Origin: Candidatus Cloacimonadales bacterium
Lineage (GTDB): Bacteria > Cloacimonadota > Cloacimonadia > Cloacimonadales > DAONDQ01
Assembly: GCA_963662275.1 (NCBI GenBank)
Contig: OY759316.1
Span: 3,744,001-3,808,000, forward strand
Direction: 5' to 3'
DNA length: 64,000 nucleotides
Shown here piece by piece: positions 43,546 through 53,886 of this stretch (positions are counted from its first letter, which is position 1; every line of letters starts with the position of its first letter). The notes beneath the pieces were generated by a model. That model had not been told where the DNA came from. It saw only the letters and a list, made by a program, of their open reading frames with translations, and ran no database searches. The translations under genes were made by a program, and so were the position numbers.

Positions 43546-44483
43546 TGAAAGGAAATCAGTTATCGATATTACTGGTTGATGATGAAGAACAGATACTGAC
43601 CTATTTACAAATTCTCCTTGAATTATCCGATTACAAGGTAAGTATTGCTTGTAATGGGACGGATGCATTAATAAAAATCCATCAGAACAATTATGATATC
43701 GTTATCACAGATATCGAAATGCCGCAAATGGATGGTTTAGAACTACTTGCAAGAATCAGAAAAACAGTGGATTATTCATTACCTGTTATTCTTATGACTG
43801 GATTTATTGATGCAGAATATACCATTAAAGCTATACGTCTTGGCGCTTCTGATTTTATTCGAAAACCAGTGGATAAAAAACTACTTCTAAAAACTGTGAA
43901 CAGCCTCATAACAGGCAGTAAAATAACGCAACAAATTCAAACTATGTCACACCAGTTATTATCTGCAGATATGGAATTTCAGTTCTTGCCCATCCATTTT
44001 CTGGAGACAGATATCACTGCCGCTTTAACAGTCTTGTTTAAACAATATTTTGAACTCAACTCTTGCTTCGTCAATGAAATCACCCTATGTCTGGAAGAAA
44101 TGTTGAATAATGCATTTATTCATGGAACGCTTAAACTGGAAGAACAAACACGCCAGTTGGATTATTTAAACTACATTGGGCACGTTAAGAAAATAATTAC
44201 GAATCATGAAGTCTCTTCAAAGAAAATTATCCTGCAGGCAAAGCTGAATAAGCAGGAAAAATTTCTCCAACTGTCTGTAACTGATGAAGGCAATGGATTT
44301 GATTTTAATCCTTGGCTAAATCTTTCTGAGTATGATCTGCATCAGAACTTAACTAATCATGGTAGAGGAATTGCCTTAATCAGGTTATTAGCGGATGACA
44401 TTCAATTTCTCAATGAAGGAAGAACGATTATTATTCGAAAGAAGTTTGACAATGCCAACCTGGAATTATCTGAGATTAGGTGA
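43545..44483 (+). CDS. Response regulator receiver fused to RsbW-like HATPase domain
   Basis: LLVDDE..DIEMPQMDG..GA.DFI.KP; LEEM..NA..HG, V.DEG.GF, GRGI.LI. Confidence 0.88.
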   Translation: MKGNQLSILLVDDEEQILTYLQILLELSDYKVSIACNGTDALIKIHQNNYDIVITDIEMPQMDGLELLARIRKTVDYSLPVILMTGFIDAEYTIKAIRLGASDFIRKPVDKKLLLKTVNSLITGSKITQQIQTMSHQLLSADMEFQFLPIHFLETDITAALTVLFKQYFELNSCFVNEITLCLEEMLNNAFIHGTLKLEEQTRQLDYLNYIGHVKKIITNHEVSSKKIILQAKLNKQEKFLQLSVTDEGNGFDFNPWLNLSEYDLHQNLTNHGRGIALIRLLADDIQFLNEGRTIIIRKKFDNANLELSEIR

Positions 44484-45297
44484 ATGGTTAAACCAGGCTA
44501 ATATCAGATTGGCAGAAGCCGGCATCGAGAATTCCAGTATTGATGCTGCCTACCTGCTTTCATATGTGACAAAGATACCGCATTTGCAATTGACATTGCA
44601 GACAAATCAAATTCTCACAAATGCTCAAAAAAACAAATTAGAATTGATTTTAGAGAGAAGAATCAACAGAGAACCACTCCAATATATTATGAAATCTGTG
44701 GACTTTCATAGTCTTTCTCTCCATATTAATAGAAATGTATTGATACCACGACCGGAAACAGAATTTTTAGTAGATTTGATCATTCGTGAAAACATCAATC
44801 CTACTTCAATTCTTGATATTGGGACAGGTTCCGGGGCGATTGCTCTGGCTCTGAAACATGCATTCCCGGATGCTAACGTTATTGGCTCAGACATATCCCT
44901 TTCTGCCTTGCGTATGGCTATTGCTAATGCAAGACGGCTGAAGATTCATGTTAAATTCAAGAAGTCTGATATCTTTTCCAGCATAACAGGAAGATTCGAT
45001 ATCATCGTATCCAATCCACCATATCTAACCTCTGAGGAATTTTTGGAAACAGCCCCTGAAGTAAAGTGCTTTGAACCGAAGATAGCTTTAGAAGCTGCGA
45101 ATAACGGTTTAGAGATATATCAAAGAATTCTGCAAAAGGCACAGGAACATTTGAATCCAAAGGGGATGATATACTTTGAAATTGGTTATCAACAGGCAAA
45201 GTCAATTTCTTTTCTTGCCCAAAAATACGGTTTCACGCATATGGATAAAAGAAGAGATTTGAACGGATTTGACCGATATTTTATCATAAGGATGTAA
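44452..45297 (+). CDS. prmC: Release factor glutamine methyltransferase
   Basis: EPLQYI, LIPRPETE, DIGTGSG, SNPPY. Confidence 0.95.
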   Translation: MPTWNYLRLGEWLNQANIRLAEAGIENSSIDAAYLLSYVTKIPHLQLTLQTNQILTNAQKNKLELILERRINREPLQYIMKSVDFHSLSLHINRNVLIPRPETEFLVDLIIRENINPTSILDIGTGSGAIALALKHAFPDANVIGSDISLSALRMAIANARRLKIHVKFKKSDIFSSITGRFDIIVSNPPYLTSEEFLETAPEVKCFEPKIALEAANNGLEIYQRILQKAQEHLNPKGMIYFEIGYQQAKSISFLAQKYGFTHMDKRRDLNGFDRYFIIRM

Positions 45298-45298
45298 T

Positions 45299-46552
45299 AT
45301 GGATAAATTTATCATTGAAGGTGGACACCAACTACATGGTGCAGTACCTGTGAGTGGAGCTAAAAATGCCATTCTCCCGATTATGGCAGCAGCTTTATTG
45401 GCAAAAGGAAAATCGACTTTAACAAATGTACCGAATCTCATAGATTTAAAAACAATGGCACATCTCCTCCGTATCATTGGTGCGCGTGTTGATTATGAAG
45501 ATTTTACTATGGTGATTGATGGTTCTGATGTATGTTATAGCGAAGCGCCTTATGAATTAGTCAGTAAAATGCGTGCGTCAATCTATGTCTTGGGTCCATT
45601 ACTAGCCAGACTTGGTGAAGCTAGAGTATCCTTTCCTGGCGGGTGTGCGATCGGAACTCGACCTGTTGATCTTCATCTCAAAGCGATGGAAGCATTGGGA
45701 GCGCATATCGATATTGAACATGGATATATCATCGCTCAAGCAAAGAAGCTCAGAGGCGGACAAATCAATTTCGAAATCTCCAGCGTTGGTGCTACTATTA
45801 ATGCTTTGATGGCTGCAGTACTGGCGAAGGGAACGACAGAGATATTCAATGCTGCGGTTGAACCTGAAGTAACTAGTACAATTCAATTTCTGCAATTGAT
45901 GGGTGCAAAGATCGTCGGTCTGGAAACAACACATTTAATTATTGAAGGTGTTGATGAACTTTCTCCGGCTACAATGGAAATGATTCCTGATCGAATTGAA
46001 GCTGGGACTTTCCTCATTGCTGGTGCGATTACAAAAAGTGAACTGACAGTAATGAACTGCTTTCCTGGGCATCTTGAATCTTTAATTGCTAAAATGAAGG
46101 AAGCAGGTATCGACTTCAAGATAGGAAACAGGGATATTACAGTCTATCCTTCTGCTAAAATTAAAGCTGTTGATTTAACAACCTATCCCTATCCAGGATT
46201 TCCAACTGACCTGCAAGCTCAGTTTCTTGCAATGATGACCTTTGCGGATGGCGTAAGCCATATTGAGGATACAATATTCCCTGATCGTTTCATGCATGTG
46301 GCTGAGTTAAATCGACTTCAGGCAAAAATTAGACAGGAAGGCAATCTTGCCGTTATTGAAGGGGTAGATCACTTAAGCGGCGCTGAAGTTATGGCTACTG
46401 ATTTACGTGCGAGTGCTGCTCTCGTTTTAGCTGGATTAGCTGCAGAAGGAAAAACAACGGTATCCAGGATCTATCATATCGATCGTGGTTATGATAAAAT
46501 TGAGGAAAAACTGAATCTTGTAGGTGCCAATATTAAACGTATTATCACTTAA
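45299..46552 (+). CDS. murA: UDP-N-acetylglucosamine 1-carboxyvinyltransferase
   Basis: SGAKNA, PGGCAIGTRP, PGFPTDLQ, DLRASA. Confidence 0.98.
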   Translation: MDKFIIEGGHQLHGAVPVSGAKNAILPIMAAALLAKGKSTLTNVPNLIDLKTMAHLLRIIGARVDYEDFTMVIDGSDVCYSEAPYELVSKMRASIYVLGPLLARLGEARVSFPGGCAIGTRPVDLHLKAMEALGAHIDIEHGYIIAQAKKLRGGQINFEISSVGATINALMAAVLAKGTTEIFNAAVEPEVTSTIQFLQLMGAKIVGLETTHLIIEGVDELSPATMEMIPDRIEAGTFLIAGAITKSELTVMNCFPGHLESLIAKMKEAGIDFKIGNRDITVYPSAKIKAVDLTTYPYPGFPTDLQAQFLAMMTFADGVSHIEDTIFPDRFMHVAELNRLQAKIRQEGNLAVIEGVDHLSGAEVMATDLRASAALVLAGLAAEGKTTVSRIYHIDRGYDKIEEKLNLVGANIKRIIT

Positions 46553-46571
46553 TATCTACCAGGATAATAAG

Positions 46572-47555
46572 ATGAAAAACGCAAATTTGGTAAATGATGT
46601 AATTCTTGTTACTGGAGGTGCAGGATTTATTGGTTCCTTTCTTTGTGAAAAACTTCTTTTACAAGGCAATCAAGTGATATGCCTGGATAATTTCAATGAT
46701 TATTATGCTCCTTCAATGAAATGGGAAAATTTAGCTTCTATTGTTAACAACCCTCTATTTCACCTGATCGAGGGAGATATCCGAGACAAAGATTGTCTTA
46801 CCAATTTATTCAATCTCTACTCTCCACATTTAGTCATTCATTTGGCAGCTATGGCAGGAGTACGTCCTTCACTTGAAAACCAGGGCTTATACTATGATGT
46901 CAATATAAACGGTTCGTATCAACTACTTGAAATGTGCAAATTGTATGGTGTGAAGCATTTCATTTTTGCTTCCTCATCATCAGTTTACGGGAATAATAAA
47001 AAAGTACCTTTTTCAGAATCTGACCCGGTTGACAACCCTATATCACCTTATGCTTATTCTAAGAAAGCAGGTGAACTGCTCTGTCATCTTTATTATCATT
47101 TGTATGGGATGTCTATTGTCTGTTTACGTTTTTTTACTGTGTATGGTCCAAGGCAGAGACCTGATCTCGCAATTCGCAAGTTTGTTGAAAGTATTACAAA
47201 CAGGATTCCGATTACTGTTTATGGAGATGGTTCTGCAAGAAGAGATTTCACTTATATTGATGATATCATTGCTGGGATTGTAAGCAGTATTGATTATGTG
47301 CAAACGCAAAAATGCTATGAGATTTTCAACTTAGGTGAAGCAACCCCGATTTCCGTATCCGATATGATATCCGTACTTGAGGAATTAATGAATATGAAAG
47401 CTGAACACATACCGCTACCGATGCAGCCGGGAGATGTTGATATCACTTATGCAGATATCGGGAAGAGTAGAAGATTATTAGGTTATAAACCATCAACAGA
47501 TTTTAAAACAGGTTTATCTAAATTTATTGAATGGTACAAACAGCAACTTACGTAG
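46572..47555 (+). CDS. NAD-dependent nucleotide-sugar epimerase (UDP-glucuronate 4-epimerase-like)
   Basis: TGGAGFIG, HLAAMAGVRPS, SSSSVYG, YAYSK, RFFTVYGP..RPD. Confidence 0.88.
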   Translation: MKNANLVNDVILVTGGAGFIGSFLCEKLLLQGNQVICLDNFNDYYAPSMKWENLASIVNNPLFHLIEGDIRDKDCLTNLFNLYSPHLVIHLAAMAGVRPSLENQGLYYDVNINGSYQLLEMCKLYGVKHFIFASSSSVYGNNKKVPFSESDPVDNPISPYAYSKKAGELLCHLYYHLYGMSIVCLRFFTVYGPRQRPDLAIRKFVESITNRIPITVYGDGSARRDFTYIDDIIAGIVSSIDYVQTQKCYEIFNLGEATPISVSDMISVLEELMNMKAEHIPLPMQPGDVDITYADIGKSRRLLGYKPSTDFKTGLSKFIEWYKQQLT

Positions 47556-47619
47556 AGACGACCAATTGGGACGTCTCTTACTTATCAATAAATTCGGATG
47601 TCTCAAACGCTGATAAGAA

Positions 47620-47643
47620 AAAAGCTCCCAACAGGGAGCTTTT
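47620..47643. terminator. Bidirectional terminator
   Basis: aaaagctccc-aaca-gggagctttt between convergent genes. Confidence 0.8.
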
Positions 47644-47646
47644 CAA

Positions 47647-47967
47647 TTATAGATACGGATTAATTTTTGAGAGTATCTTATCCTTCTTCGGAGTTCCAGG
47701 TATTTGTTCTGCTACTTTTCCCTGGTGGAAAATCAACAAAGTTGGAATGGACATGATACCAAACTGCGTTGCTAAAAGTGGGCTTTCATCAATATTAATC
47801 TTAACGACTTTGATCTTGCCTGACATTTCATCAGCAATCCCTTCAATCGTTGGCATGAGAGCTTTGCATGGAGCACACCAGGGAGCCCAAAAATCAACCA
47901 ACACTGCTATTGTTGAATGAATTACTTCCTTATCAAATGTGCTTTCATTCACCTGAAGCGTCGCCAT
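47647..47967 (-). CDS. trxA: Thioredoxin
   Basis: DFWAPWCAPC, SIPTL. Confidence 0.95.
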   Translation of the reverse strand: MATLQVNESTFDKEVIHSTIAVLVDFWAPWCAPCKALMPTIEGIADEMSGKIKVVKINIDESPLLATQFGIMSIPTLLIFHQGKVAEQIPGTPKKDKILSKINPYL

Positions 47968-47970
47968 GAG

Positions 47971-48246
47971 TTAACCTTCGACGATCGCCAGAACATCACT
48001 TTGGGAAAGAATGATATATTTAGATCCTTCTAATTCTACTTCCGTACCTGCATATTTTCCGAAGAGAACCTTATCACCGACTTTCACAAGTTTTTGTAAA
48101 TCTTCATTATTGCCAACTGCAATGACTTCTGCAATCTGTGGTTTTTCTTTCACCGTGTCAGGGATAAATATCCCGCCAATCTGCTTTTCACCGGCTTCCG
48201 CCTTGATTTGAATCACAAGATGGTCATCAATAGGTCTGAGTCTCAT
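47971..48246 (-). CDS. groES: Co-chaperonin GroES
   Basis: LRPIDD...GGIFIPD..KEKP..AEV.AVG, VKVGD.V.F.KY.GTE. Confidence 0.95.
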   Translation of the reverse strand: MRLRPIDDHLVIQIKAEAGEKQIGGIFIPDTVKEKPQIAEVIAVGNNEDLQKLVKVGDKVLFGKYAGTEVELEGSKYIILSQSDVLAIVEG

Positions 48247-48297
48247 CGTGTTCCTCCTTTTGTGTATTTTATGGATAATTTAGGACGATTCCATTTA

Positions 48298-48324
48298 TTA
48301 GCAAATACAAATTTAGAGTGCTAA
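48298..48324 (-). promoter_or_regulatory. CIRCE element (HrcA operator)
   Basis: TTAGCAaat-N9-GAGTGCTAA (one perfect half-site), just downstream of a minus-strand TTGACG -35 upstream of groES. Confidence 0.8.
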
Positions 48325-48436
48325 TTCCCGTCAAGTAAAAAATCAGCATAATATTCCTTGCCTTGTGTAAAACCTCAATTATTATGGATATGCATTGATA
48401 CAAAATCTAGCACTTAGTAGGTGGGAGTTATTTTTC

Positions 48437-49156
48437 ATGAGAAAAATGCTTTGTCTTTTCCCTGTATTTCTATGTCTCCTCGGATGTATTCAATATGAAG
48501 AAGAAATGTGGCTGAATCGGAATGGATCAGGCTACACACAAATGCATATCACGGTGAATTCAAATTACCAGAACACTGACACCATCAGTAAATATGCTAA
48601 TATTAAAGGGATCCATCTGCAAAATTTTAAAACATACAGAAATGAAGGTAACACGTATTACGATATCGAACTTAAATTCGATAATCTTCAAGCATTCAAT
48701 GCTTTAAATGACCAGGATGCGATTGCCCATTTTATTGGAAAATCAGAGATAATCAAAGAAAAACGCGGTCTTTTAAAGTTCAGGAGAGTAATTTCCTTGG
48801 GAAGCACAGAGTTGAATGATGAAGACGCAATGGCTGATCTTTTCCAAACGATTTTTACCGTGAATAGGAATTGGCGATATACTCTTCATCTTCCTTATGC
48901 AATTGTCTCTGCGAATTCTGATCCTAGTAATATTGACTATAAAAAGAATATCGTTCGCTGGAATTATGAAATTGCCTATCTGTGGAATAAAGATCAGACA
49001 ATGGAAGTAACGATGGATCGAAAGATTCCTTTCCTGCTATTCTTTGTTGGTTTACCGGCATTGATACTTTTGGTTCTGCTAGTTCTCTGGCGTGTTTCTC
49101 ACCACAAAAAGAAAAAGGCAATTCTTGAGGATACTTTATTGAAGGATAATTCATAA
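48437..49156 (+). CDS. Putative lipoprotein with C-terminal TM helix (LppM-like)
   Basis: Lipobox LLGC; GSG early motif; C-terminal TM plus basic tail. Confidence 0.6.
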   Translation: MRKMLCLFPVFLCLLGCIQYEEEMWLNRNGSGYTQMHITVNSNYQNTDTISKYANIKGIHLQNFKTYRNEGNTYYDIELKFDNLQAFNALNDQDAIAHFIGKSEIIKEKRGLLKFRRVISLGSTELNDEDAMADLFQTIFTVNRNWRYTLHLPYAIVSANSDPSNIDYKKNIVRWNYEIAYLWNKDQTMEVTMDRKIPFLLFFVGLPALILLVLLVLWRVSHHKKKKAILEDTLLKDNS

Positions 49157-49175
49157 CTGATAACTTGGAGGTTAT

Positions 49176-49910
49176 GTGAAATCACTTAATGCAAAGCAGT
49201 TTTTTTATGTTGTCACATTGATATGTATTCTATGTCTAGTATGTCCGAGATTAGCTGCCAGAGATTATGTGACAGGTTTAAAATCTACACCGAAGTTTAC
49301 CGGTATTGAATCTGAAGATTCTTTTACTGTCAATATCCATCAAGGTAAGACCTGCGATGCAAAAGTGTATGGCAGTGAGGAAGGAATAAAAAAAGTACTT
49401 CTTCGTGTTGAGAACCAGACTCTAAAAATCAAATATATTCATCCTCCTTTCCTCGGTTTACAAAAAGATGAGATTCTTCGTGTTGAAGTTACTATGCCTG
49501 AATTAGAATCGCTTGCTCTGAGCGGATCCGGCACGATGACTGCCAAAGATAAATTTGAAAGCGCTAAATTATCCATTGCCTTGGCAGGAAGCGGAGTCAT
49601 AGAATTATCCTCTATTACGGACAATCAAATCAATATTGAACTCAGCGGTTCTGGTCAGGTTAAACTCTCAGGTTACACTTCAAAACTCGATCTCTCACTT
49701 GCCGGTTCAGGAATTTTCGATGGAGAAAAACTGAAAACTGATGATGCTGAAATTACGATTTCCGGTTCAGGAGAAGCAACTGCATTTGTAACAAAAACAT
49801 TAAATGCTACGGTCGCCGGTTCCGGTAGTATTTATTACCTGGGAAAACCCACAGTTAACAGAGTGATTACAGGTTCAGGAGATATTGCACCGTTGAAGTC
49901 AGGCAATTAA
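49176..49910 (+). CDS. DUF2807 / GIN-domain adhesin-like protein
   Basis: Repeated (L/I)(S/A)GSG motifs, SIYYLGKP..GSG.I. Confidence 0.85.
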   Translation: MKSLNAKQFFYVVTLICILCLVCPRLAARDYVTGLKSTPKFTGIESEDSFTVNIHQGKTCDAKVYGSEEGIKKVLLRVENQTLKIKYIHPPFLGLQKDEILRVEVTMPELESLALSGSGTMTAKDKFESAKLSIALAGSGVIELSSITDNQINIELSGSGQVKLSGYTSKLDLSLAGSGIFDGEKLKTDDAEITISGSGEATAFVTKTLNATVAGSGSIYYLGKPTVNRVITGSGDIAPLKSGN

Positions 49911-49915
49911 GGAGA

Positions 49916-49988
49916 AGACCCCCCCTACCCCCCTTCTCAAGGGGGGATTCATCTTAATCCCCCCTTGAGAAGGGGGGTAGGGGGGTCT
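49916..49988. repeat. Large GC-rich palindrome (doublet of cccc-t-a-cccccc-tt...gggggga units)
   Basis: Near-perfect ~33-bp inverted arms; related single units at ~52973, ~53225 and ~25190. Confidence 0.8.
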
Positions 49989-50032
49989 CTTCTCTGCTCT
50001 TTCCCTGTCCGCTGTCCGCTGTTCTCTTCAGC

Positions 50033-52885
50033 CTAATGCGCTTCCGCCCAGTTCTCCCCGGCATGAATATCCACATCCAGATGAACTAACTTCCGATATT
50101 CCAAAGGCAGGGCATTTTCCATCTCAGAGACAATGATTCGTTCTGCAGAAGCCAAATAGTCCTTTTTCACTTCAAAGACAAGTTCATCATGCACCTGCAG
50201 AATCATACGAATCCATGAATGATCTCTAATCTTCTCATGAATGCAGATCATGGCAGTTTTGATAATATCTGCTGCACTGCCCTGGAGAGGCATATTCACT
50301 GCGATTCTTTCTGCTTCGCTTTGAAACCTCTGGCTTGAGCTATTGATATTGGGTAAATAGAGTCTTCTACCTGATATCGTTTCAGAAAATAGATTACTCT
50401 TCGCAAAGAGCACTGAATTACTGATGTATTCTTTAATCGTTGGAAATTGAGCGAAATAATTCTCGATGAATTCCTTCGCTTGCTTCTGACTGATCTCCAG
50501 CGCTTTGGATAATCTCACAGCTCCCATACCATATATAATACCAAAGTTAATGGTCTTTGCCTGGCTTCTCTGTAATTTCGAAACCTCTTCCACAGGGATC
50601 CCGAATATCCTGGAAGCAGTTTCCCTATGAATATCTTCATGATTCTGGAATGCCTTAATCAGGTTGGGGTCTTTGGATAGAATTGCCAACAATCTCAATT
50701 CAATTTGGGAATAATCAGCAGATACAATCACCCATTCTGCATCCGGTGCGCAGAATGCCTTACGGATTTCCTTCCCGATTTCTGTCCTTACAGGAATATT
50801 CTGCATATTCGGATTGGAAGATGACAGCCTCCCTGTAGATGCGACAGTCTGGTTGAAACTGGTATGGACTCTTCCCGTATTGGGGTTGATCATTTTGGGT
50901 AAAGCTTGCGTATATGTAGATTCCAGTTTGGCTAACTGCCTGTATTCAATGAGAAGTCTTGCAATCTCATGGTTAGGGGCAAGTTCTTCCAATACGGAAA
51001 TATCAGTGGAAAAGCCTGTCTTATTTTTCTTCTGTGTTGGAATTTTGAGTTCTTCGAACATCAGCTTCGTCAATTGCTGTGTGGAATTGATATTGAATGT
51101 ATAACCAGCGATCTCATAAATTCGTTTCGTGAGCTTCCCCAACTGTTCCTGGATATGCCTGGATGTTTCTGCAAGACGGGAGATATCTATATGTACACCG
51201 TTTTTCTCCATCTGCATAAGTACCTTTAATAATGGCATTTCCATCTTTTCAAAAACGTCATAAACACATGTATCTTTCAATCTTTTCAGATAAATATCAT
51301 ACAATCGCCAAGTCACATACGCATCTTCTCCCGAATAAAAGGCAGCCTGGTCAACTGGTACCATATCGAAGGTGGTTTGTGTCTTCCCCGAACCTATCAA
51401 TTCTTTGATAGGCTGCATGTGGTAACTGAATTCCCGTTCTGAACAATTATCAAGGCTATAGCTATTCGTTCCAGGATCTAGAATGTAAGCAGCAAGCATG
51501 GTATCGAATAGAGGATTATCCAGTCTCCATTGCCTGTTTTCGAGGATAAGCAGATCATATTTCAAGTTATGACCAATCACCATTTTACCACGCATGGCAT
51601 CCTGCAATCCGGTCTGGACTTTCGGGAAAGGAAGATTTTCATACATGAAATGACCGATAGGAAGATAATAAGCGTTATGTGGGTTAAAACACAAGGATAT
51701 CCCAACTAGCTCAGCCATTAACGGGTCAATGGAAGTCGTCTCCGTATCGAGACTCAGATACGATGCCTGCCTCAATCCTGCCAGCATGGTTTGAAACTCC
51801 TCCATATTCTTAATCAGATGCGGTTCGAACTTTATTGTAGTAACCACTTCAGCGGGTAAATTCGTAGCTCCGGTTTTAGCCGGTTCTTCTGTTAGACTGT
51901 CCGTAGCTCCGGGTTTAGCCGGTTGTGTTCCATCTCCTTCAGGAGGTAAATCAAACAAATCCCCCTGCTCCTCAGTACTGTCAACTTCCGTAGCAGCAAC
52001 TTCAGCGGGTATTTCCTTAAACCCATACTTCTTCTCTACTCTATTACGAATTGTATTCAGTTCATATTCCCTGAAAAAGGACAGCGCATTTTGCAGATAA
52101 TCCGGATGGAAGGTAAAAGTCTCTGTATCGGGCAATGTAACAGGCAAATCAGTAACGATGGTTGCCAGTACACGGGAAAGAAAGGCATTTTCCTTATCAT
52201 CAATCAGCTTTTGCTGTGCTGAACCTGTAACTTCATCAATATGCTCATATATTCCATCTAACGTCTGATATTTTTGAAGAAGTGCGGATGCACCCTTGGG
52301 ACCTAGCCCTTTCACACCAGGAATGTTATCCGATGTATCACCGCAGATAGCCAAATAATCAATGAACTGCTCCGGTTTCACACCATACTTCTCTTCAATT
52401 TGATCACTTTCAATAAAAGTTTCCTTGAAAGGATCATAAAGCCTGATAGATGGCTCCACGATCTGGGCAAAGTCCTTATCACCGGAGATAACCACAATAT
52501 CGTATTCATCTTTGTACTTTTTAGCTAGAGAAGAAATCACATCATCCGCTTCATAGCCTTCCCGATCCAATTCAGGTACTTGGATCAGTGAAAAGAACTT
52601 CTTCACCGGCTCAATCTGAGCAATGAGTTCAACAGGCATGGGTGGACGGTTTGCCTTGTATTTCTCTGCCAGTTCATGACGGAACGTAGGACCTTTCCGG
52701 TCAAAAGAAATGGCAAGATAACGGACAGGATAGTTTTCTATCAGTTTCAGGAAAGTGCTGATCGTTCCAACTAATGCACCTGTATTCATACCTTTGCTGT
52801 TGATCAGCGGATTTTTGATAAAAGCAAAATATGCACGATAAAGAAGTGCATTACCATCGATCAGATATAAGGTTTCCTTTGCCAT
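50033..52885 (-). CDS. polA: DNA polymerase I
   Basis: LIDGNALLYRA, LDTETT, ADYSQIELR, AKTINFGIIYG, LQVHDEL. Confidence 0.99.
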   Translation of the reverse strand: MAKETLYLIDGNALLYRAYFAFIKNPLINSKGMNTGALVGTISTFLKLIENYPVRYLAISFDRKGPTFRHELAEKYKANRPPMPVELIAQIEPVKKFFSLIQVPELDREGYEADDVISSLAKKYKDEYDIVVISGDKDFAQIVEPSIRLYDPFKETFIESDQIEEKYGVKPEQFIDYLAICGDTSDNIPGVKGLGPKGASALLQKYQTLDGIYEHIDEVTGSAQQKLIDDKENAFLSRVLATIVTDLPVTLPDTETFTFHPDYLQNALSFFREYELNTIRNRVEKKYGFKEIPAEVAATEVDSTEEQGDLFDLPPEGDGTQPAKPGATDSLTEEPAKTGATNLPAEVVTTIKFEPHLIKNMEEFQTMLAGLRQASYLSLDTETTSIDPLMAELVGISLCFNPHNAYYLPIGHFMYENLPFPKVQTGLQDAMRGKMVIGHNLKYDLLILENRQWRLDNPLFDTMLAAYILDPGTNSYSLDNCSEREFSYHMQPIKELIGSGKTQTTFDMVPVDQAAFYSGEDAYVTWRLYDIYLKRLKDTCVYDVFEKMEMPLLKVLMQMEKNGVHIDISRLAETSRHIQEQLGKLTKRIYEIAGYTFNINSTQQLTKLMFEELKIPTQKKNKTGFSTDISVLEELAPNHEIARLLIEYRQLAKLESTYTQALPKMINPNTGRVHTSFNQTVASTGRLSSSNPNMQNIPVRTEIGKEIRKAFCAPDAEWVIVSADYSQIELRLLAILSKDPNLIKAFQNHEDIHRETASRIFGIPVEEVSKLQRSQAKTINFGIIYGMGAVRLSKALEISQKQAKEFIENYFAQFPTIKEYISNSVLFAKSNLFSETISGRRLYLPNINSSSQRFQSEAERIAVNMPLQGSAADIIKTAMICIHEKIRDHSWIRMILQVHDELVFEVKKDYLASAERIIVSEMENALPLEYRKLVHLDVDIHAGENWAEAH

Positions 52886-53268
52886 GAAAGGCTCCTTTGT
52901 TTGTGATTATCATATATTTATATATTTGGATTATGTGATTTATGGGCAAGAAAAAAGTGAGATGAGATTAAAACCCCCTTGCCGAGGGGGGATTTCAAAC
53001 CCAACCCCATAACAGATTACAAAGCTATTGTACGACTTGTGGCAACTCCTTTAGGCTGTGTGGAGGCGACAGGCGGTGGATGCTCTGCTGGAAAGCAACG
53101 TAAACGATGCTGCCACGATTCCTCTCTTTGGATACAAGAGAAATAGTACTTTAGTGTTAGAGAGGTGAAAAAAACTTCAAAAGGTTATCAGATTATATTT
53201 GGATAGGTAGCAGAGCATCAAACTCTCCCTCGATCCCTCCCTTTATCCAAAGGGAGGGAAGTTAGGTT

Positions 53269-53727
53269 TTACATTTCATGAATTAACAAGGCTGCTTCAG
53301 GGATGTCCATCAGCAAGCCAGCTTTCATTGCTTCAACGACTATTCTGACAGGATATTCATGTTCCAATATCTCTTCTCGAGTTATGCTGCTGAGATCAAC
53401 AGCAGGAATTTGTTTTTGAAGAGCAAACATCATTTTAATAAAATGAGCATAACAGGATGCGGGGATTTTTTCTGAGAGATCTATATAATGCATCATAAGT
53501 TTGGAATAGATTCTCAAGTCATTCTTATAGTCATCAGAGATGAGCCAGAATAATTTGCCCAGGTTTCTTCCTGCATTGCCAATTTTATGATTTTGTTCTG
53601 AAGCTGTATAATATGGATATTTACGGATGAGACATAAGGCTCCGTCATTGTATTTACAATAGACAAGACCTTCGGTCCTGAATTTGCCGAAAAAGCCTTT
53701 AACTGCATGTCTGAATCTTACTTTCAT
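53269..53727 (-). CDS. Hypothetical protein (N-terminus reminiscent of DUF6266-like proteins)
   Basis: ORF with SD ggag; G(F)xGK...V.......IR..P pattern. Confidence 0.55.
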   Translation of the reverse strand: MKVRFRHAVKGFFGKFRTEGLVYCKYNDGALCLIRKYPYYTASEQNHKIGNAGRNLGKLFWLISDDYKNDLRIYSKLMMHYIDLSEKIPASCYAHFIKMMFALQKQIPAVDLSSITREEILEHEYPVRIVVEAMKAGLLMDIPEAALLIHEM

Positions 53728-53886
53728 TATTTCTCCGATTTTTATAAAAGAGAAGATTATTAAACCACGAACTCATCCTCTCTGAAACTGACACCTGGTA
53801 CCTGAAACCTGTCACCTTCTTCATTGTGTTTCGTGGTTATATTCTTCCTTTTTTAATTATTTAATGAGTCTTTCTTACCGAATTGA

